Assembly: GCA_016180815.1 (NCBI GenBank)
Contig: JACPAN010000004.1
Span: 44,358 to 108,357, forward strand
Source of the DNA: Elusimicrobiota bacterium
GTDB taxonomy: Bacteria > Elusimicrobiota > Elusimicrobia > JACQPE01
DNA: 64,000 nucleotides
Direction of reading: 5' to 3'
This document shows positions 1 to 9,285 of this stretch, piece by piece; positions within the stretch are counted from its first letter, which is position 1; every line of letters begins with the position of its first letter. The notes beneath the pieces were generated by a model that worked only from the letters and a program-made list of their open reading frames with translations, had not been told where the DNA came from and did no database searches. Both the position numbers and the translations under genes were made by a program.

Positions 1-521
1 TTCAACGTCTCTTTAAGCGTATCGTAAATTTCCCGGCGCATGGCCGAGAAAATAACGCCGAGCATGGTCCTGCCGGCGACCGCAATTTCCGTGGCGCGCC
101 AATCGAACAGGCAGTCCTGAAGCGGAAAAGGCACGTATTTTCTCGCTTCAATGGGGATGGCCTTGCCCCAATGCGCGCGCTCGATTTTAGGCATGGAAAA
201 GTAACGGAACACGGCGAAGGCTTCGGAAAAACAAATCCCGATTTGATCGCTTTTGATGCCCAGCTTTTTCACGGCCTCGGCGATGGCGGCCTTCATCTGG
301 GGCGCGGCCAGCCAGCGCACGATTTGCCCCGAACCCTGGGTAGTTTGGATGGGATTTAACGTCGTTCCCTGGCCGGCGAATTCGGAATCGGCGAAAATTT
401 GTGAAAACGGCTGCTCAAAACGCGCTACCAATTGATGGCCCGAGCGCGTTTTCTCCAGGGCCATCCAACGCAGGCCCTTAGTATCGATGTAGAGCGCCGG
501 ATAATAACTCGCTTTTTTCAT
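1..521 (-). CDS. pilM: PilM-like type IV pilus assembly protein (partial, runs off window start)
   Basis: Manual translation from ATG 521: MKKASYYPALYIDTKGLRWMALEK...FAVFRYFSMPKIERAHWGKAIPIEARKYVPFPLQDCLFDW, matching the PilM 'EA..Y.PF....D' signature; lies downstream of minor pilins. Confidence 0.7.
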   Translation of the reverse strand, partial: MKKASYYPALYIDTKGLRWMALEKTRSGHQLVARFEQPFSQIFADSEFAGQGTTLNPIQTTQGSGQIVRWLAAPQMKAAIAEAVKKLGIKSDQIGICFSEAFAVFRYFSMPKIERAHWGKAIPIEARKYVPFPLQDCLFDWRATEIAVAGRTMLGVIFSAMRREIYDTLKETL

Positions 522-545
522 TTTTCTTGCTTCAACTATTATCCA

Positions 546-932
546 TTATTGTTGAACATTTCCCCTGGCCGTCAATGTATAGCTGCTTGAAGCATAGGTA
601 AAATCCACTTGAACATTGCCGGCTCCCGTCGCATAGGTGCAATTAGCCGGCAGCGCCGGAGGCAACGGTGAGCATGTTGAATAAAGAGCCGTGCATCCAC
701 CTCCGGTCCATGTCCCCGCAACGTTGGGGTCGTAACAATGCAAATCCTCATAAGCCATGGCAATAGCCGCTTCAGCCGCGCCCCGATTATCGATGCTCTG
801 CTCCACGGTTGCGGTTCCCATAAAGCCCGACATAATCACGATCAGCATGGCCGCCGCGGTCAAGGCCATGACATTGACCATGACCAACGCCTGCAGGAGG
901 GCCACCCCGCGTGAATTCAATATTCTTCTCAT
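546..932 (-). CDS. PilX/GspK-like minor pilin
   Basis: Likely start ATG 932: MRRILNSRG|VALLQALVMV, a class III signal lacking E5 as in PilX/GspK; adjacent to stop of previous gene. Confidence 0.6.
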   Translation of the reverse strand: MRRILNSRGVALLQALVMVNVMALTAAAMLIVIMSGFMGTATVEQSIDNRGAAEAAIAMAYEDLHCYDPNVAGTWTGGGCTALYSTCSPLPPALPANCTYATGAGNVQVDFTYASSSYTLTARGNVQQ

Positions 933-933
933 A

Positions 934-1536
934 TCAACATCCCGTATCGCAACTGAACGGAACTTTCGCGGTGGTCTCAAAAAGCCGTCTGGTTTGAACG
1001 GCTCCGGCCGGCGTTCTCTCAACGATCGCGTTTAAAATAACGCGCACGTCCTTGTTCGCGCCGCTGCAGGTGAAAATATTTTCTCCTCCCTGATTATCGA
1101 TGTCCCTGGCGATCACGACTTGGGAACCCGCGCAAGCGGCCGTGGAACCCATGGCGGCGACGCTGGTGCAATAAGTGAGCTGATCTGTCGTCGTATTGTA
1201 ATGAAAACGGGCGAAGACATCGCCGTGAAGATCGGGGTTCGGATGTTTTCTGACCCAAAGCCGATGATCGACGCCCACGATGGAACACATGACAATGCCG
1301 GTCACGCCGTCAAAAACCGTGCATTCGGTGGCCGAGGTGCAGCTGGCGGAATTCAATTCGCTGACCATGACTTTCATGGCCGCCAAAACGGAAAAGGCGC
1401 CGGTGGATTTTTGCTGAAGTGTCGCCATATAGCGAACAATCGCGGTGTAGCTGACCGAAAAACCGACCAAAATATTGGTGGCGATCATCATGGCCACCAA
1501 AACTTCAATCAGCGTATATCCCTTGGTCTTGTTCAT
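934..1536 (-). CDS. Prepilin-type N-terminal cleavage/methylation protein (PilW-like minor pilin)
   Basis: KG|YTLIEVLVAMMI motif; Cys-rich C-terminus. Confidence 0.8.
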   Translation of the reverse strand: MNKTKGYTLIEVLVAMMIATNILVGFSVSYTAIVRYMATLQQKSTGAFSVLAAMKVMVSELNSASCTSATECTVFDGVTGIVMCSIVGVDHRLWVRKHPNPDLHGDVFARFHYNTTTDQLTYCTSVAAMGSTAACAGSQVVIARDIDNQGGENIFTCSGANKDVRVILNAIVERTPAGAVQTRRLFETTAKVPFSCDTGC

Positions 1537-2033
1537 GGCGCCGGCTCCGAAAAAGTCACTCGAGCGTCCATTTGTTTTCTGGTAAAACCGCTGACCGTAA
1601 TATCATTGACCAAATAAACGGCCGTTGCGTTATATTTCGTTACCAACTCATCCGTTGACGGCAGCATATTGGTGCCGTCCGTACGAATGGCTTGATGCTG
1701 GGTGGAGCCGCCGCCGTTATTGTCTTCAAGGATATAGTGCGTGCCGCCGCTACAGGCGGGAGTGCAGGTGCAAGTATGATGAATTTCCCCGAACGTCGTG
1801 TCATCTGCGGAAAGGTGCGCCCAGGGTGTTTCAACGATATAGCTTTTAAGCTCATCCAAAATTCTTTTTTGTATGAAAGCGGCGCTGGTTTTATTAGCCG
1901 TGGTTCCGGATTGCTTGGCGGCCAGCAAAAACACGCTCATCATGCCCGCGGTGGCTGTGGACACCACCATCACGGCAATCAGCACCTCAAGAAGGGTATA
2001 GCCTCGGGAGAACCGTTTGAGCTGCTTCCTCAT
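1533..2033 (-). CDS. Prepilin-type protein (PilV-like minor pilin)
   Basis: RG|YTLLEVLIAVMV motif; 4-bp overlaps with both neighbours. Confidence 0.8.
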   Translation of the reverse strand: MRKQLKRFSRGYTLLEVLIAVMVVSTATAGMMSVFLLAAKQSGTTANKTSAAFIQKRILDELKSYIVETPWAHLSADDTTFGEIHHTCTCTPACSGGTHYILEDNNGGGSTQHQAIRTDGTNMLPSTDELVTKYNATAVYLVNDITVSGFTRKQMDARVTFSEPAP

Positions 2034-3880
2034 TGCTCAACAAAGACCTCCACATAGCGCTGACCGGTTTCACCGGTGCCTGACTCGATGACCATGCGCG
2101 ATCCGGCCACGCCGAAATCCCCGCTTAAAATTTTGGCCACTTCCCGGGCGCGCTGCTCGGCCAACACCTTGGCGTTGTGCTCATCGGGAGAGGCTGCGCC
2201 GATCAACGTCAAACGCTGAGCGGGATGGAGCCGGGCGGCCTGGGCCACTTCATTCAACATGGCCACCTGCTCTTTGGAAACCTTGGTGTCGTTGGGGCCG
2301 AAGGCGATTTTAAAATTAGTCAGATTAAACGAGGTGGCCGAGGACTGCTCAGAGGCTTCCACGGGCACAGTTTTGCCGACTCCCTTGCCCGCATCCCCGA
2401 CAGGCGCGGCAACGGCGGCCGCCGCGGTCACGGCCTTGGGCGCGGCAGCTTTGGTAATAGAAGCGGCTTTAGGCTTGACTGCTTTTGCTTTTGGTTTAGG
2501 TTTGGGTTTGGCCGCCTTTGCTTGGCCGGATTTGACCGCAGGTTTAGGTTTGGGTTTGGCCGCAGACGCCGGCTTGGGTTGGCTGACGACTTTTTTGATG
2601 TCCTGGCCGACAACGTCGATCACCTTGGTGGAACGGACTTTGCCTCCGCCCACATCCAACGCCTCGGCCTCAAGCGTGTATCTGCCCGTGGGCAAAACCT
2701 CAAAATCGCCGATTGCGTCTCTCTTGCCCTCGAAATAAAACGTTTCCAAAATCGAACCCTTGCCCTCATGCGTCCAAACCGTGCTTTTATCCGGCGCGAC
2801 CAGCCTCAAACTCCAGTGCGCGATCACCTGCGGATTGCCGCTGGCGAACAATTCGATGACCATCCCCTGGCCGATGCGGGCGTCGATTTTTTCCCGGGAA
2901 ACGCCCAAGTACAGGGACGGGTATTCGCTTTTTGAGCTTTGGCGCGGAAGGTATTTGGTGAAAAAATAATGCGTATGGAAAGGGTTGGCGAATTCCTCGA
3001 ACACCAGCATCATGGTGGCCTCACGATTGCGGGACATTTGCTGCAACGCCTTGGGAAATTCGGTTTCCGGGCCGATGGAGAAACGCGGCTGGCCTTCCAA
3101 ATCCACCTCGATTCTGGCCGGCGCCATGCCGCGGCCGGTCAGGTAGCTGCTTAAAATCGTGGCCCGCTGAAGATTCGAGATGCTGGAGCGGCCCTGAGTC
3201 TGGGCCGGGTAAATGCGAATCAAATGCTTGGGGTGATAATACGCGGATTCCGCCAAAATTTTGAGCAAATCGCCGGCCTGTCTTTTAAAACTGGTTTCCT
3301 TGGCGAAGAGCAGGCTTTCCGGAATCGTGAGCGCCAAAAATTTATCCGTGCCCTTAAGCACCACGCCCACGGCGTCTTTTTTCTTAACCGCCTCGATCAG
3401 CTCCTTGCGGCGGTTATGGAGCTTGAGCTTCACGTATTCGGTCAGAGCCTCGGGCGTAGGCTTGGGCATCGGCGGTTTTTTGGCCCCCGCCGGCGCCATT
3501 TCTTCGGGTAAAGGCGGAACGGATTCGGCCGTCTTTGACGCCGGCGGCCGGGATGATTGAGCGGCCGGGGCCTCGTGAGGCGGCGCGGAAAGGCCGACCG
3601 CCGATTGAGACGGGGCCTTCGGCTGGGCGATCGGCTTGCCGGCCATGCGATAGCTGATCCTGTTGACGTATTCCTTGGCCAGCGCCACCTCTTCGGGGCT
3701 CGCCCCCATGCGGATGACTTCCATGAAATTTTCCATGGCGTCTTCCATTTGTCCGTCTTCGTAAAGATCGATGCCTTGGAACAAAAGCTCCTCGGAAGAT
3801 TTGCCGCGCCGGCGGATTTCGGCCGAGCAAACGGATGAAAATAGGAAAAAGAGGCATCCCAACAATACGCCTACTCTCAT
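2030..3880 (-). CDS. Exported TPR + OmpA-like domain protein with Pro/Lys/Ala-rich linkers
   Basis: Signal peptide, N-terminal TPR-like helix pair, degenerate OmpA/MotB-like segment, KPKPKP linker, C-terminal OmpA motif (LAEQRAREVAKIL...RYVEV). Confidence 0.7.
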   Translation of the reverse strand: MRVGVLLGCLFFLFSSVCSAEIRRRGKSSEELLFQGIDLYEDGQMEDAMENFMEVIRMGASPEEVALAKEYVNRISYRMAGKPIAQPKAPSQSAVGLSAPPHEAPAAQSSRPPASKTAESVPPLPEEMAPAGAKKPPMPKPTPEALTEYVKLKLHNRRKELIEAVKKKDAVGVVLKGTDKFLALTIPESLLFAKETSFKRQAGDLLKILAESAYYHPKHLIRIYPAQTQGRSSISNLQRATILSSYLTGRGMAPARIEVDLEGQPRFSIGPETEFPKALQQMSRNREATMMLVFEEFANPFHTHYFFTKYLPRQSSKSEYPSLYLGVSREKIDARIGQGMVIELFASGNPQVIAHWSLRLVAPDKSTVWTHEGKGSILETFYFEGKRDAIGDFEVLPTGRYTLEAEALDVGGGKVRSTKVIDVVGQDIKKVVSQPKPASAAKPKPKPAVKSGQAKAAKPKPKPKAKAVKPKAASITKAAAPKAVTAAAAVAAPVGDAGKGVGKTVPVEASEQSSATSFNLTNFKIAFGPNDTKVSKEQVAMLNEVAQAARLHPAQRLTLIGAASPDEHNAKVLAEQRAREVAKILSGDFGVAGSRMVIESGTGETGQRYVEVFVEQ

Positions 3881-3975
3881 ATCGTCATCCCTTCAATAAA
3901 ACGCATGAATCCTATTTTAAGAGTAACACCAATTCGCCTAAATCGCAACGGGCTGATGGCCATAACCGGGAGGGG

Positions 3976-6324
3976 CTAACGAGGCGGCAATCCAGGGGCC
4001 CGGCCCACGGACTCGCTCCAGCGCCGGCGGATTTCCTCGGCCTTGGAACGCTCTCCCTTGCGCCAATAGTCGGCCATCAAACCCTGAAGATTGCGCGCCG
4101 TAATTTCATAGCTCGGATCCGCCTTCAACGCCTCGATAAAATACGCCACGGCTTCCTCCCCCCGGTTGGCCTGAAGCGAAAATGAGCCCAGGTTGTTCAA
4201 AATTTCTTTGTCGTTTGGAAAAAAATGCAGCGCCCGGCGCAAAACCCGCAAGGCCATGTCCCCGTAAAAACGCGTGTCTTTCAAAAAAATGGTGCTGGTC
4301 AACTGCTTGTAAACAAGGAGGTTCGCGGGGTTAATGAACAAGCTCGCCAGGTAATCGTCGAGAGCCTCCTGAGTGCGCCCCAGGCTGCCCAGCAGCACGG
4401 CGCGGTTGAAAAAAATCTCATCGTAGCCGGCATTTGATTTCAACGCTTCGGTATAGCCCCAAATCGCTTTTTCGGCGTCGCCCAAACGCGCGTACACATT
4501 GCCCAGTTCGTAATTCTTATTCACCTCTCTTGGAAAAAGCCGGTGAGACGCCAGGAGCCGGTCCAGCGCAGGGTTGAGCTTTCCTTCGCGATGCAGGACG
4601 AACCCGCGGAAATAATAAAACTCGGAAAGCCAATAACGGCTGAAACGCACGCCCATGGCAACGACGACGGCGCAGCCGAGGGCGGCCGCGGCCCAACGCG
4701 CCCACGGCCGCGAACGCGGGCTTGCTCCGGACGCGGGCATCGCGGCCGACGCAGGGATGGGGTAAAAAACCGCCAGATTGCCCAATAACCACCAGAATAA
4801 ATACCCGGGCATGGCGAAATGAAGACTGACGTTTAAGGTGTTGTCCACCATCATCCCGATCAAGCCGCCGATCAAACCGCAGGCGGCCAAGCGCCGCGGC
4901 GGCGCGATCAGCGTCGGGATATTGCGGACGGACCAAATAAAAAAGACGGCAAAAAATCCGAAAAATAGCCCGGCGCCCAGAAAACCTGTCTGTGAGAACA
5001 CTTCGATCAACTCGTTATGCCCGTTGTTGGCATGCGTGCGCAGGGGGCCGAAACGTTTGTTGTAAAGCAAATCCGCCTGATAAAAAGGATAAAAAAGTTC
5101 GAGCGTACCCCAGCCCTTGCCCAAGAGAGGACGCTCCCGGACGAATTTCCAGCATCCGGACCAAATGAGCACGCGTTGAAAAAAAGGCTGATACGGCGGC
5201 GCGGCCTGCGCTTCATCGGCCACCACTTGTCCGACCTCGAGCAACCGGCCGACGGCCGTTGGGCTGCCTTTCTGGGCGCCGGGGGGCCACAGCAGAAAAA
5301 ATAACACCGCGCCCGCGCCCAGAACCCCCACGGACTTCCATGGCCGGCGGGCATCGGCGCCGGCCGGCGCATCATCGCCGAAACGCCGCAGCAGCCAAAG
5401 AGTCACGCCCGCGCCCACGAGCGCCGCGGCCCAAGACGAACGCGTCAGCGTTGAGAGCAGGCCGGCTTCAAAAATAAAAAACAACAACCCATGAATCAGG
5501 CGGCTCCCCCACGATTTGGAAGCCCAAACGCCGACAATGAGGCTGGGCATCAGCGTGGCCAAATAAGGCGACAAAAAATTCGGGTTGCCGAACGTCGAGA
5601 TGGCGCGCGAGCCGTAGGGATTCAAATTCCTCGGCCAGATGAAATCAACGCCGAAATACTGCCCGATGCCGTAAATGCTGGCCAACGCTCCGACCGCGTA
5701 ATTGACCCAAAACAAAACAGCGGGCCCCCGGCGCTTCCACCGATAAAACAAAAAAATGAGGAAAGCCGCCCACAAAAAAAATCCGTAAGGATCCCATAAA
5801 AAACCGATGACGGACTCCGAGGCGCTCGGCGGATTCGGCAGGCGCATGCGATGGTAAAAGAGCCAGCCGCAGCCGAACAAAGCGGCGCCCGCCAGCGTCG
5901 GGTAATCCGGGTCGAGCGCGTTCTCCGGGCGGCGCTTCAATTCCATCCCCGTTAAAACGCCGGCCGCCAGCACGAAAACGGCGTTGACCAGCCAAAACAA
6001 ATTGACCCTTAAACCCTCGGCCAAAATCGACGGCCTGAAAAAATCGCCGTGCGCCCGCCACGACACCCCCCAGCTGATCCAACAAACGGCGGTGAATGCG
6101 CCCAACGGCCAAAACACCCGCCAAGGGAAGGGCTCCCCGGATGCCTTCGGCGAACGGGCGAATCCCCACAGCAACGCGACCATCAATCCCAGAACGCACA
6201 AATGAAGCAATGTAATCTGGGTTTGATACGGATTCCTGGTGAAATTGGTGAAAAACAGCAACGGGCAAACGCTGTGGATCACAAGCAGAAGAAAGGCGAA
6301 CATGAAACCCCGGCTTTTTGTCAC
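3976..6324 (-). CDS. O-antigen ligase-like (Wzy_C) membrane protein with C-terminal TPRs
   Basis: STFGNPNFL, TLTRSSW, PLLGKGWG, HANNGHNELIEVFSQTG motifs; TPR tail. Confidence 0.8.
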   Translation of the reverse strand: MTKSRGFMFAFLLLVIHSVCPLLFFTNFTRNPYQTQITLLHLCVLGLMVALLWGFARSPKASGEPFPWRVFWPLGAFTAVCWISWGVSWRAHGDFFRPSILAEGLRVNLFWLVNAVFVLAAGVLTGMELKRRPENALDPDYPTLAGAALFGCGWLFYHRMRLPNPPSASESVIGFLWDPYGFFLWAAFLIFLFYRWKRRGPAVLFWVNYAVGALASIYGIGQYFGVDFIWPRNLNPYGSRAISTFGNPNFLSPYLATLMPSLIVGVWASKSWGSRLIHGLLFFIFEAGLLSTLTRSSWAAALVGAGVTLWLLRRFGDDAPAGADARRPWKSVGVLGAGAVLFFLLWPPGAQKGSPTAVGRLLEVGQVVADEAQAAPPYQPFFQRVLIWSGCWKFVRERPLLGKGWGTLELFYPFYQADLLYNKRFGPLRTHANNGHNELIEVFSQTGFLGAGLFFGFFAVFFIWSVRNIPTLIAPPRRLAACGLIGGLIGMMVDNTLNVSLHFAMPGYLFWWLLGNLAVFYPIPASAAMPASGASPRSRPWARWAAAALGCAVVVAMGVRFSRYWLSEFYYFRGFVLHREGKLNPALDRLLASHRLFPREVNKNYELGNVYARLGDAEKAIWGYTEALKSNAGYDEIFFNRAVLLGSLGRTQEALDDYLASLFINPANLLVYKQLTSTIFLKDTRFYGDMALRVLRRALHFFPNDKEILNNLGSFSLQANRGEEAVAYFIEALKADPSYEITARNLQGLMADYWRKGERSKAEEIRRRWSESVGRAPGLPPR

Positions 6325-8792
6325 TATTTGCCGATGACGGACTTTTCGACGCCGTAGCCCACGCCCGGTGAGGAAACGGGCGCCATCTGGCGGATTTTCT
6401 GCAAAATGGCGTCCCTGTTGTGCATCAGCACTCCGAGCTCGCCCTGGATCTGCTGATTATTGGGATCGATTTGGCGAAGATAGCCGATATGGGTCGCCAC
6501 CGCTTTGCGGTAATCGCCGGACATCAAATAGCTTTTCGACAAATTCAGATAAGCCTCGGGATCGGGATGGGCATGGCTGGTCCAATGCGATTGATTGATC
6601 AGGGAAGCGAACGGTCCGTTGCCGGTCAAGTCCGCGCAGCGGAAAGCCAGGATTCTCTTTTTGAATTCCTGCCGCGCATCTTCGAAACGCCCGAGGCGCG
6701 TCAGAACATAGCCCATACGGTAATAATTATCGGGGAATACCGGGTCCAGATGTTGATAGAGGCGGTACCGGCGGACGGATTCCTCATAAAACTCGCGTAT
6801 TTTTTCCGGCGGCTCGTTGTTTTGAATGCCCCATTCAGCCCGTTTCAAAAACAGATTGCCGACGTGATAATGCATCTGAACATAGTTGGGGGCGAGCGTA
6901 TTGCGGATGCGCTCGTAAACCTCGATGGCGCGGTCGAAATCGCGCCGCATCACGCCGGGGGGATCGCCCCAATCGGCTCTGTTTTTGGGCTCCATATCCC
7001 AGCGGTCGTTGAACACATTGCCCAGGAAGTAATACGACATGACGAAACCCGGATTTCTCTTGATCACCTGCTGATAGTGCTTGATGGCGTCATCCCACTG
7101 ACGCCCTTTGGAATGAACGATGGCCACGTTATGATGAACGTCGCCCCTGAACCAGCCCCAGAAAAAGTATATGGGAAAGGCTAACAAAGGCGCAGCCAAA
7201 CAAGCCAGGATGCTTTTAGCGTTCCAGATCGAATGAAAATAGCTGTACGCGCTCAAACCCATAAACATGATGAAAAACGCCCAGGCCAGGAAAACCATCA
7301 ACTGATCGCCGGGGTGCGTGGAGCCGAGCATGCGCTGCTGGATGTCGAAAAACTCGACGAAAATCTTGTAGCTGACAACGGCCACGACCAAGGCTGCGGC
7401 GCCTTGAAATAGGCGTCTTAAGACACTCATGACCGGCGACGTTTCCATGATCGCGCGCACCGGAGCGACCGCGGCTTCGCGCCAGGTCCGGTCGCTCAAG
7501 GCCAACGCCACGGCCATGGCCGGCAACAGGCCGGTGAACACCCCGCTGGAAACGAAACGGATGCTGACGTCGAAATTATTGTGAATCATGGTGCCCAGCC
7601 ATCCGGACCAAACGCCCAATAAATGATAGGCCCGCACATCCACCCGGCCGTCCCGGCGCCAGCGCTGAAGCGCCCGGTAAGACAAAAGGCTCACCATGAA
7701 AATCAGCCAAACATAAACACCGAAGCCCAAAATACCCTCGTCCATGAGCACTTCGATATGTTCGTTCTCGGCGTGATCCGTTTCCGTATTATGTTTGGCT
7801 TCGATATGAAAAATCGTCGGGCGACGATAGGCGGAGTAGGCCAGGCGGAAATTGCCGATGCCGATGCCTGCGACGGGGCTGCCTGAGATGATTTCCCAAG
7901 TGGACAGCCATGTGTAGATGCGGAAAGGAATGGAGAAAGGATTCAGCCCCGGCGTGAGCATCAGAAGCGTCAGCGCGCCGGCGGCGGTGACGATAATGAC
8001 GGAGCGGATTTTCTTTCTCAAATACTCGACGAAAGGAAGAGGAATGCATAAGGAATAAAGCACCACCCATAGGGAGGTGACAATCCCCACGCCCATCCAA
8101 GCGCCCTTCGTTTCCGTAAACGCGACGTTGAACCAAGCCAACGCCAGCAGGCACCATGCCGCGAAACTTTTTTTGGCCAAGGCCCAGGATAAAACGATCG
8201 GGGTCATGATCACGATGTAGTCGCCGAAGAAATTTGGATTGCCGAATGTGGAGAAAATGCGCTTTTGAAACGCCTGGCGCCAAATAAAAATATCCAGCCC
8301 AAAAACGGGCATGGACGCGGAATTCGGCGGAAAAAAACGCGAGTCTAGAAATTGGATGAAGCCGTAAAACGTCGAAACGAAAAGAGCCAGGAGCAAAAAC
8401 TTTAGGATCCGCTCCACGGCATCGAGGCTGCGGATTTTATCGAACACGATCAAGGCCGCGCTCATGTAGAGCAGGCGCCGCACCATGTCGTCGATATTCC
8501 AAAGCTTGAAATGGGAAACGACCAGGTAGGAAAACGCGCCTGATAAAAGCAGGGCCGCGAAGGGCGCATAAACGGGCAAATATTCCGCGCTCAAGCTCAA
8601 GCGCCGCTCTTCCAGCTTCTCCATCAGCCAAAGGCCCAAGAGCGCGGTGATGCCCATTTGGGCGACGGTGATTTTAACCTGGGCCGAGTCGTAGGTGCGC
8701 AGATAAAACGTCACCACAACCGCGAAATACACCAACGGCAGGCCCCAGAGAATGCTTCTGGTGGTGATTCGGGATAAAGCGGTTGCCGGCAT
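6324..8792 (-). CDS. O-antigen ligase-like (Wzy_C) membrane protein with C-terminal TPRs
   Basis: STFGNPNFF, TETKGAW, GIGIGNF, DHAENEHIEVLMDEG motifs; TPR tail. Confidence 0.8.
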   Translation of the reverse strand: MPATALSRITTRSILWGLPLVYFAVVVTFYLRTYDSAQVKITVAQMGITALLGLWLMEKLEERRLSLSAEYLPVYAPFAALLLSGAFSYLVVSHFKLWNIDDMVRRLLYMSAALIVFDKIRSLDAVERILKFLLLALFVSTFYGFIQFLDSRFFPPNSASMPVFGLDIFIWRQAFQKRIFSTFGNPNFFGDYIVIMTPIVLSWALAKKSFAAWCLLALAWFNVAFTETKGAWMGVGIVTSLWVVLYSLCIPLPFVEYLRKKIRSVIIVTAAGALTLLMLTPGLNPFSIPFRIYTWLSTWEIISGSPVAGIGIGNFRLAYSAYRRPTIFHIEAKHNTETDHAENEHIEVLMDEGILGFGVYVWLIFMVSLLSYRALQRWRRDGRVDVRAYHLLGVWSGWLGTMIHNNFDVSIRFVSSGVFTGLLPAMAVALALSDRTWREAAVAPVRAIMETSPVMSVLRRLFQGAAALVVAVVSYKIFVEFFDIQQRMLGSTHPGDQLMVFLAWAFFIMFMGLSAYSYFHSIWNAKSILACLAAPLLAFPIYFFWGWFRGDVHHNVAIVHSKGRQWDDAIKHYQQVIKRNPGFVMSYYFLGNVFNDRWDMEPKNRADWGDPPGVMRRDFDRAIEVYERIRNTLAPNYVQMHYHVGNLFLKRAEWGIQNNEPPEKIREFYEESVRRYRLYQHLDPVFPDNYYRMGYVLTRLGRFEDARQEFKKRILAFRCADLTGNGPFASLINQSHWTSHAHPDPEAYLNLSKSYLMSGDYRKAVATHIGYLRQIDPNNQQIQGELGVLMHNRDAILQKIRQMAPVSSPGVGYGVEKSVIGK

Positions 8793-8832
8793 GGTCAGTT
8801 CGATTTCCGCCGGCCGAAGATTTGAAAAACCA

Positions 8833-8904
8833 AGCCGGAGGCGGGAATCGAACCCGCGGCCAACGGTTTACGAAACCGCTGCTCTACCGCTGAGCTACCC
8901 CGGC
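8833..8904 (-). tRNA. tRNA-Thr(CGT)
   Basis: GCCGGGGTAGCTCAGCGGTAGAGCAGCGGT-TTCGTAA-ACCGTTGGCCGCGGGTTCGATTCCCGCCTCCGGCT forms a cloverleaf; CCA not encoded. Confidence 0.95.
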
Positions 8905-8965
8905 GCGACATCAATTCCCCCCGCATTCGACTCGTTATTTTGACTAATTTTAGAGCGAATAACCA
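8868..8965. repeat. 98-bp direct repeat, copy 1 (tRNA-Thr 5' half + 61 bp upstream)
   Basis: 96/98 identical to 13298..13395 (mismatches 8881/13311 and 8932/13362). Confidence 0.95.
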
Positions 8966-9285
8966 CGCCACGGGAAGTTTTCAGCGCCGGAAACAAATGC
9001 CCGGACGAAGCCGTCCGGGCATCCGTCGATTTATTGGGCTTAGCTAAAAATCAAATCACCAAAACCTGAAATAAATTGACTTTTTATTAGCCCAAAGATC
9101 TTTCCTATGAGCCGACGTCACCCCTGGCGAATCATGTGGAATCTTTATCCTAAAAACTGTCAATATAGTCTTGAGTATATTTTTCCTATGTTTTCTAAAC
9201 ACAGATCGTTGCTGTCAACAAGCTTAACCAAACGCAAAATAGCAACTCAATTCCTTCGGGGAAATTTTAGGATGCGGGAACCCAG

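Noticed and set aside
2400..2580. Short repeats (GGTTTAGGTTTGGGTTTGGCCGC twice)
   Set aside because: Explained by the KPKPKP/Ala-rich linker coding sequence of the OmpA-like protein.
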